Notes: generated by a model from the sequence alone, not told the origin. A stretch of DNA of 64,000 bases from an uncultured Planctomycetaceae bacterium (GCA_964549445.1 CAZJVS010000001.1:5372-69371); one strand, 5' to 3'; numbered from the stretch's first letter, positions 6,892 through 16,535 are shown. Numbers and translations are program-made.

Positions 6892-9272
6892 TGTGTGCTC
6901 CTTGAAGGGTGATTCCGGCCGGAGCGATTTCGGACTCCCTCGACGCCGACTGCCAGCGCCGCCGCGATCCAAACCGCCGCCAACGGAACGATGGGATTGC
7001 AAAGATACCGATGGCTGCGCAAGGCCGTCAAGCTGGCGGCGAATGCGGCAACGGTGATGATCAGGAGCGTCAAGAGGGTCGTGGCGATTACAACCGGAAA
7101 ACGGATGACGCCTCGGCTGATTAGCGCAACCGTGAGTGCGCCCAGCAGACCACCCAGTATCGTCAGCGGGCGCGAGACCCAATTCGCCGGCATCTGAATC
7201 GCAAGACCGGAGCGCATCGCGTCGATACCGACTGCCTGCGCGTAGCTACCGGCAATCTGCCGACCATCTCGGTACATGTGCCAGTCTGTACTTGTCGATC
7301 GCTGGTCACCGAATACGACGGCGCGCCCCTCGAACCAGGCGCGGAGCTGCTGGTCGGACGCAGCAAAGACATCACCATACTCGACCGTTGATGCCTTCAG
7401 TACGGGGTCCGGCGGGAGTACGACGAGGTACACTCCAACGGCGTCGCCGGGGCGCAGGTCGTCGTCCTTGCGCACTTCCTGGGTTTGCAGGGCCGAATAA
7501 TCGACGAAGCTTGCTTTTGATGAATCCGAGTTGAGTTCAGGCGAACCTGCTTTCGGCAGCCAGTACGAAAGATAGAGGCGCCGGCCGACCGAATCGCTTT
7601 CGCTGGCGCGCGACGCGTAGTCGATTGTGAGACCGTGTCCGGGCTGTTTAGATGCGGCGTAGGCGACGAGTGCAAGCGAACCGCGCGTCTCCAGACCGCG
7701 TCGCGCGAAGAACAGCTCCAACGCCCACGGGCGGTACCGGTCGAGCTCGGCGTTGTAGCAACCCCATCGCACCTTCGATGCGATTTGCGGACTAATGGCG
7801 GGGAGTCCGTTTGCGTCGAGGTTCCACGAAGGCGCTGCAACGACGACGTCGACACCGACTTTCTGCAATTCGGCAGCGCCGTCAACGAAGTCGGCGTCGA
7901 ACGGGCCTGGCTTTCGAAGAACGGCATCCCAAACAACGACGCTGGGATGGGCCACCGACAGGCGCTTGAGCAGCCGGCCGTGCATCCCTCGGAGACTTGC
8001 GGGCATTGCGGGATCGATACCCTTGAGGCGTTCGCGTCGAGCAATGGCATTGAGATCGGTCCGATCGGACAGAGCGATGACGCGCGTATGTTCGAACTGA
8101 GCGCCTCGTATCTGCGAATTGGCGGGCAGCACGTTTGCCGCATAGCGTCGGAATATCAAATCAATCTTCAGGTTTTCGAAGACGAGCGGTCGGACGATGA
8201 CGTATGCAATCGCGATCGCGATGGCCGCGAGGATGAGCTTGGAAACGAACGGGCGGCTGCGAATTGACTGGACGGCGGATTTTCGGAACAGGTAGACGAG
8301 ACTATCGCGTCGGGCCGAGATGGGGCGGCCGGACTGGTATGCGGTGAGGTCGGCGGCGATCTGGCCGGCGTTTGCGTAGCGACGATTCGGGTCCTTTTGA
8401 AGGCACTTCAGGACGATGGTCTCGAGTTCGGAGTCGACCTTGCGGCTGGCGGAGCGCGGGCGGATTGGATCAGCGTGCGCGACGCGACTGAGAACTTCGG
8501 CTGGGGTGCCGTTGATGTCGTAGGGAAAGCGGTTCGTGAGCATGAAGTAGAAGATGACGCCAAGGCAGTAGACGTCGGTGCGGACGTCGATGTTTGAGAC
8601 GTGGCCATCGGCCTGCTCGGGCGATGCCCACGGGACCGACCCGACAAAGAAGCCGGACAGTGTCACTCCAGCCGGTTCGAGCGCGTTTCCTGGCGTCTTC
8701 GCAAGCCCAAAGTCCAGGATGTGGGGCTCACCATTCACGTCGATGCAGATGTTGCTCGGTTTGAGGTCGCGGTGAACGATTCCGTGATCGTGTGCGGACT
8801 GGACGGCCTCACAGATGCGACGGAAAAGATCTACCAGTTCGCTGGTGGTGTGTTCTCGCGCGAGATGATCCGCGAGGGACTCGCCTTGAACGTAGTCCAT
8901 GACGAAGTAGTCGCAACCTGCCGTGCGGCCGGAGTCGTGGATGGCGACGATATTGGGGTGTTTCAGGCGCGCGAGGACTCGGACTTCGCGGTCGAATCGA
9001 GCGCGGTCGTCGGCGCCGGCGAAGGGGCCTTCCTTCATGACCTTGATCGCGACCTTGCGGTGTGTCGACTTCTGCAGGGCCAGGAAGACGACACCCTGGC
9101 CACCGCGGTGGAGCTCCTGGACGAACTCGTAACCGGGGAGTGTGAGCGCGATCAGTTCGTTGTCTCGCGATGGACCCAGAACCAGGCGAGTTTCGTCCGG
9201 CGCCATGAATGATGGCATGCGAACGGTCTCGTCGGTTGCGCGTGGCGTGTCGTCGCCGGGCGAGTGAGTCAT
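6888..9272 (-). CDS. Ser/Thr protein kinase K2 with periplasmic CHASE2-like sensor (paralogue of K1)
   Basis: I chose the ATG at 9272 (MTHSPGDD..) of track ORF 6888..9566, giving 794 aa against 786 aa for K1. The upstream extension is Pro/Arg/Ser-rich. Kinase motifs are GGQGVVF, VAIKVMK, HRDLKPSNI, DFGLAK and WASPEQ. After a TM helix come CHASE2-like motifs (SVVVWDAVL, RGSLALVAYAAS, IAGSYAQAVGIDAM) and three C-terminal TM helices. Confidence 0.9.
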   Translation of the reverse strand: MTHSPGDDTPRATDETVRMPSFMAPDETRLVLGPSRDNELIALTLPGYEFVQELHRGGQGVVFLALQKSTHRKVAIKVMKEGPFAGADDRARFDREVRVLARLKHPNIVAIHDSGRTAGCDYFVMDYVQGESLADHLAREHTTSELVDLFRRICEAVQSAHDHGIVHRDLKPSNICIDVNGEPHILDFGLAKTPGNALEPAGVTLSGFFVGSVPWASPEQADGHVSNIDVRTDVYCLGVIFYFMLTNRFPYDINGTPAEVLSRVAHADPIRPRSASRKVDSELETIVLKCLQKDPNRRYANAGQIAADLTAYQSGRPISARRDSLVYLFRKSAVQSIRSRPFVSKLILAAIAIAIAYVIVRPLVFENLKIDLIFRRYAANVLPANSQIRGAQFEHTRVIALSDRTDLNAIARRERLKGIDPAMPASLRGMHGRLLKRLSVAHPSVVVWDAVLRKPGPFDADFVDGAAELQKVGVDVVVAAPSWNLDANGLPAISPQIASKVRWGCYNAELDRYRPWALELFFARRGLETRGSLALVAYAASKQPGHGLTIDYASRASESDSVGRRLYLSYWLPKAGSPELNSDSSKASFVDYSALQTQEVRKDDDLRPGDAVGVYLVVLPPDPVLKASTVEYGDVFAASDQQLRAWFEGRAVVFGDQRSTSTDWHMYRDGRQIAGSYAQAVGIDAMRSGLAIQMPANWVSRPLTILGGLLGALTVALISRGVIRFPVVIATTLLTLLIITVAAFAASLTALRSHRYLCNPIVPLAAVWIAAALAVGVEGVRNRSGRNHPSRSTQ

Positions 9273-9393
9273 TGCGAGGGTTCCCGCAGCCCGATTGCGG
9301 CGGTAATTGTCCGTGCACGGACTATGCGACGTCAAATGCAGTGTCCCAGGGCGCGATTGACGCCTCGTGCAAGCGCGGATTAGCCTGCGAGGG

Positions 9394-10695
9394 ATGGCCG
9401 GATACGGTCGAGGGTGGCGGGACTGGCTTGGGATCAATTCGTCGACGATTGCGCTGCTGGGGACGATCGTCCTGGTGACGGCGGCCACGGAGCTTTGGGC
9501 TCCGCTGATTCCGGAATACCTGAAAGCGTTGCGTTCGCGGGCGCTACACGGCGCGGGCGGGGTCATCGATCCGACGCTGCTGGTCCTGATCGGGTGTTAC
9601 GGATTGTATCGCGACGGGCTGGAGGCGGTGAACTACTACATCGGCGGAGCGATCGCCGGGCGATTCAACACGCGGAGGGCGCTGCTGGCGTTCAACGTCG
9701 TACCGCTGATCGGCCTGGCGGTTCTGCTAGCTTGGCAGTCGACCGCGGCGGTGTTCGTTGCGATTCCGTTTCTGTTCGCGTGGGACAGCATCGGCGGCGC
9801 GGCAACGATTACGGTGGTTGGAGAATCGCTGCCGGTTGATCGGCGGACGATGGCGTTTTCGCTGCAGGCCATATTTCGGAGAGTGGCGAGGATGGTAGCG
9901 TACGCACTGAGCGGCGCACTCGTGTGGGGGTTCGGACGCGTGCAGGGTGTGCGCGCGGATGCGCTGCTGGCGGTTTGCCTCGTGCTGGGAGCGCTCGTCT
10001 TGCAGTATCGATACATGCGGACGGCGACGCGCGACGCGACGGTCAGTCCGGGTCGGCCGCGGCATCTCTTTCGACGATTGTCGCCCGACCTGCGGCGGTT
10101 ACTGGCGGCGGACATTTTCGCGCGATGGGCGGAGGGCCTGGCGGGGCCGTTCATCATTCTGTTTTGCGTGCCGCTGCTTGCAGGGAGCGCGGACCGAGGA
10201 ACGGCGCTGTATCAGTCGGTGCTGCTGAACATCCAGGCGGCGACGAACATTGTCATGTACCTGGCCATTGGACCGCTGGCGAGCCGGGCGGGGCTGGCGA
10301 AGAAACCGTACATCGGTTTGACGTTTGTGTTCTTCGCGTTGTTTCCGGTGAGTCTGGCCGCGCTCGGGCCGGCACTCGGATTCTTGGGGCTGGCGGCGGC
10401 ATTTGTTGTGGGCGGCCTGCGCGAGATCGGAGAGCCCGCACGGAAGGCCATGATCGCCGAACTGGTGCCGGCGGACGTGAAGACTCAAGCGACGGGCTTG
10501 TATTGGAGCGTGCGGAGCGTGGCCGTGATGTGGGCGTCGCCAGTGGGAGCGTTATTGTGGATTGGCGGGGACTACGCCCGAGCGGGCTATGGCCCTATAC
10601 TGCTCTTTTCTGTCGCCGGATTAACAGGTCTGATCGGCGCGGCGCTGTTTTGGATCAAATTTGGACATGGCGCGTCCGAGGTGGTTCGGGCGTGA
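9394..10695 (+). CDS. MFS-type transporter
   Basis: ATG 9394 lies within track ORF 9367..10695. There are about 12 hydrophobic segments, and a loop between TM2 and TM3 (GGAIAGRFNTRRALL) resembles the MFS signature. It is divergent from kinase K2. Confidence 0.75.
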   Translation: MAGYGRGWRDWLGINSSTIALLGTIVLVTAATELWAPLIPEYLKALRSRALHGAGGVIDPTLLVLIGCYGLYRDGLEAVNYYIGGAIAGRFNTRRALLAFNVVPLIGLAVLLAWQSTAAVFVAIPFLFAWDSIGGAATITVVGESLPVDRRTMAFSLQAIFRRVARMVAYALSGALVWGFGRVQGVRADALLAVCLVLGALVLQYRYMRTATRDATVSPGRPRHLFRRLSPDLRRLLAADIFARWAEGLAGPFIILFCVPLLAGSADRGTALYQSVLLNIQAATNIVMYLAIGPLASRAGLAKKPYIGLTFVFFALFPVSLAALGPALGFLGLAAAFVVGGLREIGEPARKAMIAELVPADVKTQATGLYWSVRSVAVMWASPVGALLWIGGDYARAGYGPILLFSVAGLTGLIGAALFWIKFGHGASEVVRA

Positions 10696-10769
10696 GGGGC
10701 CGCCTTGCGGTTCGTTTCGCTGAATGGCGAGGAAGCCGTCCAGTCGGCCTCGCGGTTGTGGAGAATCTG

Positions 10770-12761
10770 ATGTTTAAGGATTGTCGACGAATACTTTTGG
10801 TTTGTGCTGCGCTGCTCTCGGCCGCGCCGGTGCATGCGGCGGATGTGTCGAAGTTTCCGCTGAGCAAGGTCGTTCCGGCGGACGTCTTCATCATGGTCGC
10901 CGGCCGACACAATCCGGAGCGGGAGTTTCTCGACCGTTACTGGGCGAAGGTGTTTGAGGCCTTTGCACGAAGCGGCGTCTGCGAAGAAATCTGGGACCAG
11001 GTCATCAGCAACATTCCGGACACGGACGCCGAGAAGGCCGAAGCGTACGCGGAGCGATTCAAGAAATCGATCAAACAGGTTCGCTGGAGCGAGTTGTTTG
11101 CGCAGGAGTCGGTTTATTGTCAGCGCGTGGGATTCCCGGCGTGGGAAAACGTCGTCTTGACGAAGCAGTCGACCGAGTCAGTCGAGTCGAACTTTGCGGG
11201 GCTCAAGTCGATCCTGACGGAACTGGCGAAGATGGCGGGCAACGGTGCTGAAGTCACCGAGTCGAAGTTCGAGGGGGCCACGTTGTGCCGACTGTCGTTT
11301 GCAGATGCGCCGATCGCTGTGACGGTGGCGCGGCGCAATGACGTACTGGCGATGGCTCTGGGTGACGGGCTGCTAAAGGACTGTCTGTCGCTTCTTTCGG
11401 GGCGCGGCAAGCAGTCGCCGTTGGTGGCGACCGATCGATTCAAGTCCGCCCTGGCGAAACTCCCGGAAGCGGAAGACAGTGTCACGTTCTTCGACGCGGC
11501 GTCGATGATGAACGGCATGAAGAAGATGTTCGGCGTGCTTGCCAAACAAGGCGGAGCGAAGCACGGCGAGGAATCGGAGGGTGGCGACGCCGATCCGCAC
11601 GGGATGATGTTCAAGGTTTTCGATCGCGTGCTCGACGACCTTTCAATCTGGGACTATTCCGTGACGGTGAGCCGAACCGAGGGGTTCAGCACAATCGATG
11701 AATCGCTGACCGTGTTGAAGCCGGACGCGAAGAAGCGGCGGGCTTACCGCGTGTTCACGCCGACAGCCAAGTTTGACAACATCGATCGGCTGGTTCCAAA
11801 GGAAGCGATCGATTTCTCGGTCAGCGATGGAATCAACTTCGTCGAGTTGAACGATTGGGTGGTGTCGCTGGTGCGGGATACGGTTCCGGACGGCGAGACT
11901 TACCTGACGCAGTGGGCGGAGTTTCAGAAGGAACAGAAGTTCGATCTCCGCAAGGACGTACTGGAGTGGATTGAGGGGCCGATCATATCCGTGACGATGC
12001 CCGGCGGCGGATTCGGGGGCGACGCATGGGTTATCATGATCAAGGTGCGGAACGAGAAGAAGGCGGCGTCACAAGTGCAGCGCCTGGTCGAGGCCGCCCA
12101 GAAACTGATCGGTGAGCAACAGGGGCTGGCGCTCACGGACGTTGAGATCGACGATCATCCGAACTTCCACAGCATTTCTCATCCATTTATGATGATGATG
12201 CAACTGCCGCCAATCGTCTGGGGGACGGCTGAGGGATACTTGATCTTCGGCTCCGGCGCCAAGCCCATTTCGACGTGTCTGAAGACGCTGGCGGGTGAAC
12301 ATCCGGGCATTTCAAAGAATCCGCGCTTTCAGAAGGAAGGTGTAAAGCCGGACAGCGGGTTCGTGTCCGCGAGCTTTACCGACACTTCGAAGACCGCCGA
12401 GAACCTCCAGGCGGCACTGACGGGAATCACGATGGGGCTTGGAATGATGACAACCTTCGCGCCTGCGCAGGCGGAAGAGGGCAGCAAGTTCTTCAAGGCG
12501 ATTCCGGCGATCACGGGAAAGCTTGTCAAAGTCGTTGCCCGGCTGAACTTCTTCCTATCGGAGTCGACCGCGACGTCGTTCGACGGTAAGACATGGCGCA
12601 GCACGTCGGTGACCAATTACAAAGATCCGAAGTCGGTTCGGGGCCCGGCCGACGAGGCCGAAAGCGACGAGTCGGGGGAGGACGAAACGGAGAGCCCCAA
12701 GCCGCCGAAGGTTGAAAAGCGTCCGAAGGCGCCCGAGCCCGATGAGGACGACGACGAATAG
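10770..12761 (+). CDS. Secreted protein of unknown family (663 aa) with an acidic/lysine-rich C-terminal tail
   Basis: I chose ATG 10770 within track ORF 9924..12761, because the upstream part overlaps the MFS gene in another frame. A GGAGAA SD lies 5 nt upstream. It has a signal peptide (MFKDCRRILLVCAALLSAAPVHAAD). The tail is DEAESDESGEDETESPKPPKVEKRPKAPEPDEDDDE. Confidence 0.75.
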   Translation: MFKDCRRILLVCAALLSAAPVHAADVSKFPLSKVVPADVFIMVAGRHNPEREFLDRYWAKVFEAFARSGVCEEIWDQVISNIPDTDAEKAEAYAERFKKSIKQVRWSELFAQESVYCQRVGFPAWENVVLTKQSTESVESNFAGLKSILTELAKMAGNGAEVTESKFEGATLCRLSFADAPIAVTVARRNDVLAMALGDGLLKDCLSLLSGRGKQSPLVATDRFKSALAKLPEAEDSVTFFDAASMMNGMKKMFGVLAKQGGAKHGEESEGGDADPHGMMFKVFDRVLDDLSIWDYSVTVSRTEGFSTIDESLTVLKPDAKKRRAYRVFTPTAKFDNIDRLVPKEAIDFSVSDGINFVELNDWVVSLVRDTVPDGETYLTQWAEFQKEQKFDLRKDVLEWIEGPIISVTMPGGGFGGDAWVIMIKVRNEKKAASQVQRLVEAAQKLIGEQQGLALTDVEIDDHPNFHSISHPFMMMMQLPPIVWGTAEGYLIFGSGAKPISTCLKTLAGEHPGISKNPRFQKEGVKPDSGFVSASFTDTSKTAENLQAALTGITMGLGMMTTFAPAQAEEGSKFFKAIPAITGKLVKVVARLNFFLSESTATSFDGKTWRSTSVTNYKDPKSVRGPADEAESDESGEDETESPKPPKVEKRPKAPEPDEDDDE

Positions 12762-12863
12762 GCAATTGGGACGTTGCGAGGCCGGTAAACGATTCAATTT
12801 GGGGCGGCGACTTGGTAGGATGGCTTCATGGGACCCGAGGGATCGGGCCCGCAGGAGGCCAGC

Positions 12864-15800
12864 ATGTCGAGTCGGCGAGCCACGTGGGCGGTTTTGAGTG
12901 TCTTGGGCTGTGCGGCGTTTGCCGCCAGTGCGCCGGCGGCGAGTCCGACGGCTGCACCTGCTTCCACCCGGGTCGTTCGGGTGCCGGCTCGCGAGTTGGC
13001 GCGGGCGAAGAGTCTCGTGCTGCGGCCCGCCCGGCAGATCGACTACGGCTCGTTCGCATGGATTGAGCTGAGCGAAGCCGGGTTTGCCAAACTTCAATCG
13101 TCGGGGGTTTCCTTTGAAGAGCAACGCGACGCGTTCGTCCTGAGACTGGGGGAACAGTCGTTTGATCCGCTGGTGAACCGGCCGATGCTTGCGCCCGGAT
13201 GGGATGTCGCCTCGGAGCGCGGGGCTGATCTGCACCTCGTACAATTCGTGGGGCCGGCGCGGCCGGAATGGCGGGGGAACCTTGAGGCGAGCGGCCTCAA
13301 GGTCGTCGAGTACATCGAGCCGTTGACGTACGTCGTGTGGGGCGAGGGATCGCAACTGCAGAATGCTGCGGCACGTTCGGAAGTGCGGTGGACGGGCGCG
13401 TTCTCGCCGGGATTTCGAGTTCTGCCGCGCTGGCAGGCGCTGGGCGGTGGCGCGGCCGACGTCCAGGTGATGCTCTACCGCGGATCGGACGTCGAAGCGG
13501 CGATCCGCGAGATCGGCACACTGGGCGGGAAACTGGCCGGGCGAAGCAAGAGCGACGCGTCGTTCGAGATCGTCAGCTTTCAGATTGCCGGGTCGGCGTT
13601 GAAGCAGGCGGCGGCGGTGCGCGGTGTGTACTCGATCCAGCCGGTACCGACGGATGGCGGACTGCGCGGCGAGATGAGCGACCAGGTTAACGTGAACAAT
13701 GTCAATGGAAGCAATCAGGCGTTTCCGGGATACCTGGCGTGGCTGACGACCTCGGGCGTCAACGGCAGCGGCGTCATCATCGCGAACGTGGACGGCGGTG
13801 TGCAGGACTCGCACCCCAATCTCGTGAACCGGATGTTGCCGTGTGTCGGCTCGACATGCGCCGGGGCGACGAGCAGCAGCCATGGGACGCACACCGCGGG
13901 AATCATGGCGGCCGACGGAACATCGGGGGTACTCGACAGTTTCGGATTCCTGCGGGGATTGGGCGTGGCACCCGGGGCCAATCTCGTGGAGCAGTTGTAC
14001 AGCCCGACGTTTCAGCAGGCGGGCGGGATGCTGCTGCTCATGACACAGTCGTATCAGAACGGAGCATCGCTGTCGGGCAATAGCTGGGGACCGGCCGGGA
14101 CGCCACGCGGCTACGACGGTGACACGCGACAGGTGGATGTCGGAGTTCGAGATGCCGATCCGAACGCTGTGGGGAATCAGCCGCTGACCTACGTACTTTC
14201 GTTCATGAATGGCAATGGCGGGACGAGCTCACAGGGAACGCCGGACGAAGGCAAGAACATATTCACAATCGGATCGACCAAATTGCAGAACAGCGGATCC
14301 GGATCGCAGATTCTGCAGATCAACGATCTGTCGTCGAATTCGGCGCACGGGCCGGCCTTGGACGGCCGGACGATACCGCACATGGTCGCGCCGGGTTGCT
14401 ACATCGATTCGACGGTGCCGACGAATTCCTATGGGTTGAACTGCGGGACGAGCATGGCGTCGCCTCACGTCAGCGGGGCCGTGGCTTTGTTCATCCAGTA
14501 CTTCCGAGGGTTGCCGGACTACTCCGCCGATCCGAGCCCGGCGCTGGTAAAGGCGGCGTTTCTGGCGGTGGCAAGAAACCTGGCGGGAAATCTGGATGCG
14601 GACGGCGGCGTGCTGGGCAATCCGTTCGACAGCAAGCAGGGTTGGGGCCGAATGGACCTCGCGGCGGTGGTCGACCCACCGGTTCCGGTGTCGTACTTTG
14701 ACAATCCGATGCTGTTTACTGCGACGGGTGAGGAATGGGTGCGGAATGTTGCGGCCGATGATCCTTCAAAGCCGCTGCGAATCATGCTCGTGTGGACCGA
14801 CGCGCCGGGGCATGGACTGGGTGGAAGCACGCCGGCATGGAACAACAACCTTGACCTTACCGTGGAGTCCGGGCCCAACACGTACCGCGGAAACGTATTC
14901 GCAGTAACCGGTTGGTCGCAGAGCGGCGGCGTGTCGGACTCGAAGAACAACACCGAGGGTGTGTTCATCGGGCCAACGGCGCCGGGGTCGTACACGATTC
15001 GCGTGACAGCGGCGAACATCAACTCGGACGGGGTTCCGAACAATGCCTCGCCGATGGATCAAGATTTCGCCGTGGTGTGTTACAACTGCGCATTGCAGCC
15101 GGGCTTTACGGTGTCGGCGACGCCGGGTCAGCAGGGAGTGTGCGAGCCGGGCAGCGCCGTGTACACGGTCAACGTCGGCCAGATCACGGGGTTCACGGAC
15201 GACGTGACTCTGAGTGTTTCGGGCGAGCCGGCAGGGACGACCGTCGGATTCAGCACGAATCCGGTTTCACCGCCGGGATCGAGTACGCTGACGATCGGCA
15301 ACACCGCCGGGGCAGCGCCGGGGACCTACATTTTGACCGTTACGGGCACGTCCGGCGCATTGATTCGCCAGACGACGGTACGACTTGACCTGTTCGACGG
15401 CGCGCCAAACGCGCCGGTTCTTACGACACCGATTAACGGCGCGACGGACGTCGCGCTGCTGCCGTCGCTCGTGTGGAGCGCGGCGGCGGACGCAACGACG
15501 TATGACATTCAGGTGGCGACGGACGCGGGATTCAGCAACGTCGTATCTAGCGGGCTCGGCCTCACCAGTACGAATTTCACGCCGGCGGCAAGCTTGACGC
15601 CGGGCAACGTTTATTACTGGCACGTTCGCGGGAGAAACGCTTGCGGAAGCGGCACGTATTCCGCGGCGTTCAGCTTTACGGCTCGGCTGACGCCCAAGAT
15701 CCTGCTTGTCGACGACGACGACAATGGTCCGGACGTACGCTCGGCGTATACGACTGCGCTCGTCGCGATCGGGCAGGACTTCGACGTCTGGGATACCAAC

Positions 15801-16529
15801 AACACGGACAATGAGCCGACGGCAGCACAACTTGCGCCGTACCGGACGGTGATCTGGTTTACGGGCGACGAGTTCGGCGGCGTGTGCGGGCCGGGTGCGG
15901 CCGGCGAGGCGGCGTTGTCAGCGTGGCTTGATACGGGGCGGTGCCTGTTCCTGACGAGCCAGGACATGCTGTGGGATCGGGGCGGGACCGGGCACAGCGT
16001 GCCGACGGCGTTCATGCAAAACTACCTGGGCATGGCGAATCCGGGGCAATCGGATGTGAGCCAGACGAGCGTGACGGGTGCGCCGGGCTCGATCTTCGCG
16101 GGCATGGGTCCGTATTCGCTGTCGTATCCGTTCTCAAACTTCAGCGATCGCATTTCGCCCAATGGGAGCGCATTGCTGGCATTCTCCGGAAACGCCGGGA
16201 ATGCGGCGATCCAGAAGGACTCGGGCGTTTATCGCACGACGTTTTGGGGCTTCCCGCTGGAGGCGGTATCGAATCCGGTGGATCGAGCTGCGCTGATGAG
16301 CGTGATGGTGAACTGGTGCGCGGAGCTCTACTGTCCTACGCGGGTCGGGAACCTGGTCGCGCCGATCGCGGTCGACGGCGACGACGTGAATCAGTTTGTC
16401 AACTGTTACACGGCCGGCAGTCCAGCGGTGCCCGGGTGTCGCTGCGCCGACATGAACCAAAGCGCGGCGTTTGAGGTCGTGGACGTGGAGCTGTTCGTTA
16501 ACTGCCTGCTGGGGCTCGGGTGTCCCTAG
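12864..16529 (+). CDS. Multidomain secreted subtilisin-like serine protease (peptidase S8)
   Basis: ATG 12864 follows a GCAGGAGG SD, and there is a signal peptide (MSSRRATWAVLSVLGCAAFAASAPA). The catalytic triad motifs appear in D-H-S order: IANVDGGV, SHGTHTAG, GTSMASPHVSG. Downstream I see a P-/prepeptidase-like beta domain, Ig-like and FN3-like segments (YYWHVRGRNACG), an LLVDDDDNGPD..VIWFTGDE flavodoxin/GATase1-like domain, and a Cys-rich dockerin-like tail. Confidence 0.9.
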   Translation: MSSRRATWAVLSVLGCAAFAASAPAASPTAAPASTRVVRVPARELARAKSLVLRPARQIDYGSFAWIELSEAGFAKLQSSGVSFEEQRDAFVLRLGEQSFDPLVNRPMLAPGWDVASERGADLHLVQFVGPARPEWRGNLEASGLKVVEYIEPLTYVVWGEGSQLQNAAARSEVRWTGAFSPGFRVLPRWQALGGGAADVQVMLYRGSDVEAAIREIGTLGGKLAGRSKSDASFEIVSFQIAGSALKQAAAVRGVYSIQPVPTDGGLRGEMSDQVNVNNVNGSNQAFPGYLAWLTTSGVNGSGVIIANVDGGVQDSHPNLVNRMLPCVGSTCAGATSSSHGTHTAGIMAADGTSGVLDSFGFLRGLGVAPGANLVEQLYSPTFQQAGGMLLLMTQSYQNGASLSGNSWGPAGTPRGYDGDTRQVDVGVRDADPNAVGNQPLTYVLSFMNGNGGTSSQGTPDEGKNIFTIGSTKLQNSGSGSQILQINDLSSNSAHGPALDGRTIPHMVAPGCYIDSTVPTNSYGLNCGTSMASPHVSGAVALFIQYFRGLPDYSADPSPALVKAAFLAVARNLAGNLDADGGVLGNPFDSKQGWGRMDLAAVVDPPVPVSYFDNPMLFTATGEEWVRNVAADDPSKPLRIMLVWTDAPGHGLGGSTPAWNNNLDLTVESGPNTYRGNVFAVTGWSQSGGVSDSKNNTEGVFIGPTAPGSYTIRVTAANINSDGVPNNASPMDQDFAVVCYNCALQPGFTVSATPGQQGVCEPGSAVYTVNVGQITGFTDDVTLSVSGEPAGTTVGFSTNPVSPPGSSTLTIGNTAGAAPGTYILTVTGTSGALIRQTTVRLDLFDGAPNAPVLTTPINGATDVALLPSLVWSAAADATTYDIQVATDAGFSNVVSSGLGLTSTNFTPAASLTPGNVYYWHVRGRNACGSGTYSAAFSFTARLTPKILLVDDDDNGPDVRSAYTTALVAIGQDFDVWDTNNTDNEPTAAQLAPYRTVIWFTGDEFGGVCGPGAAGEAALSAWLDTGRCLFLTSQDMLWDRGGTGHSVPTAFMQNYLGMANPGQSDVSQTSVTGAPGSIFAGMGPYSLSYPFSNFSDRISPNGSALLAFSGNAGNAAIQKDSGVYRTTFWGFPLEAVSNPVDRAALMSVMVNWCAELYCPTRVGNLVAPIAVDGDDVNQFVNCYTAGSPAVPGCRCADMNQSAAFEVVDVELFVNCLLGLGCP

Positions 16530-16535
16530 CGAACG

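Noticed and set aside
9924-10769. N-terminal 282-aa extension of the 945-aa track ORF 9924..12761
   Set aside because: It overlaps the MFS transporter gene in another frame and is Arg/Gly-rich. A signal peptide with a good SD starts at ATG 10770.
12555-13892. 445-aa minus-strand ORF overlapping the start of the subtilase gene
   Set aside because: Its composition is extremely Arg/Pro-rich, and it is antisense to a gene with a clear S8 catalytic triad. I treat it as a shadow ORF.
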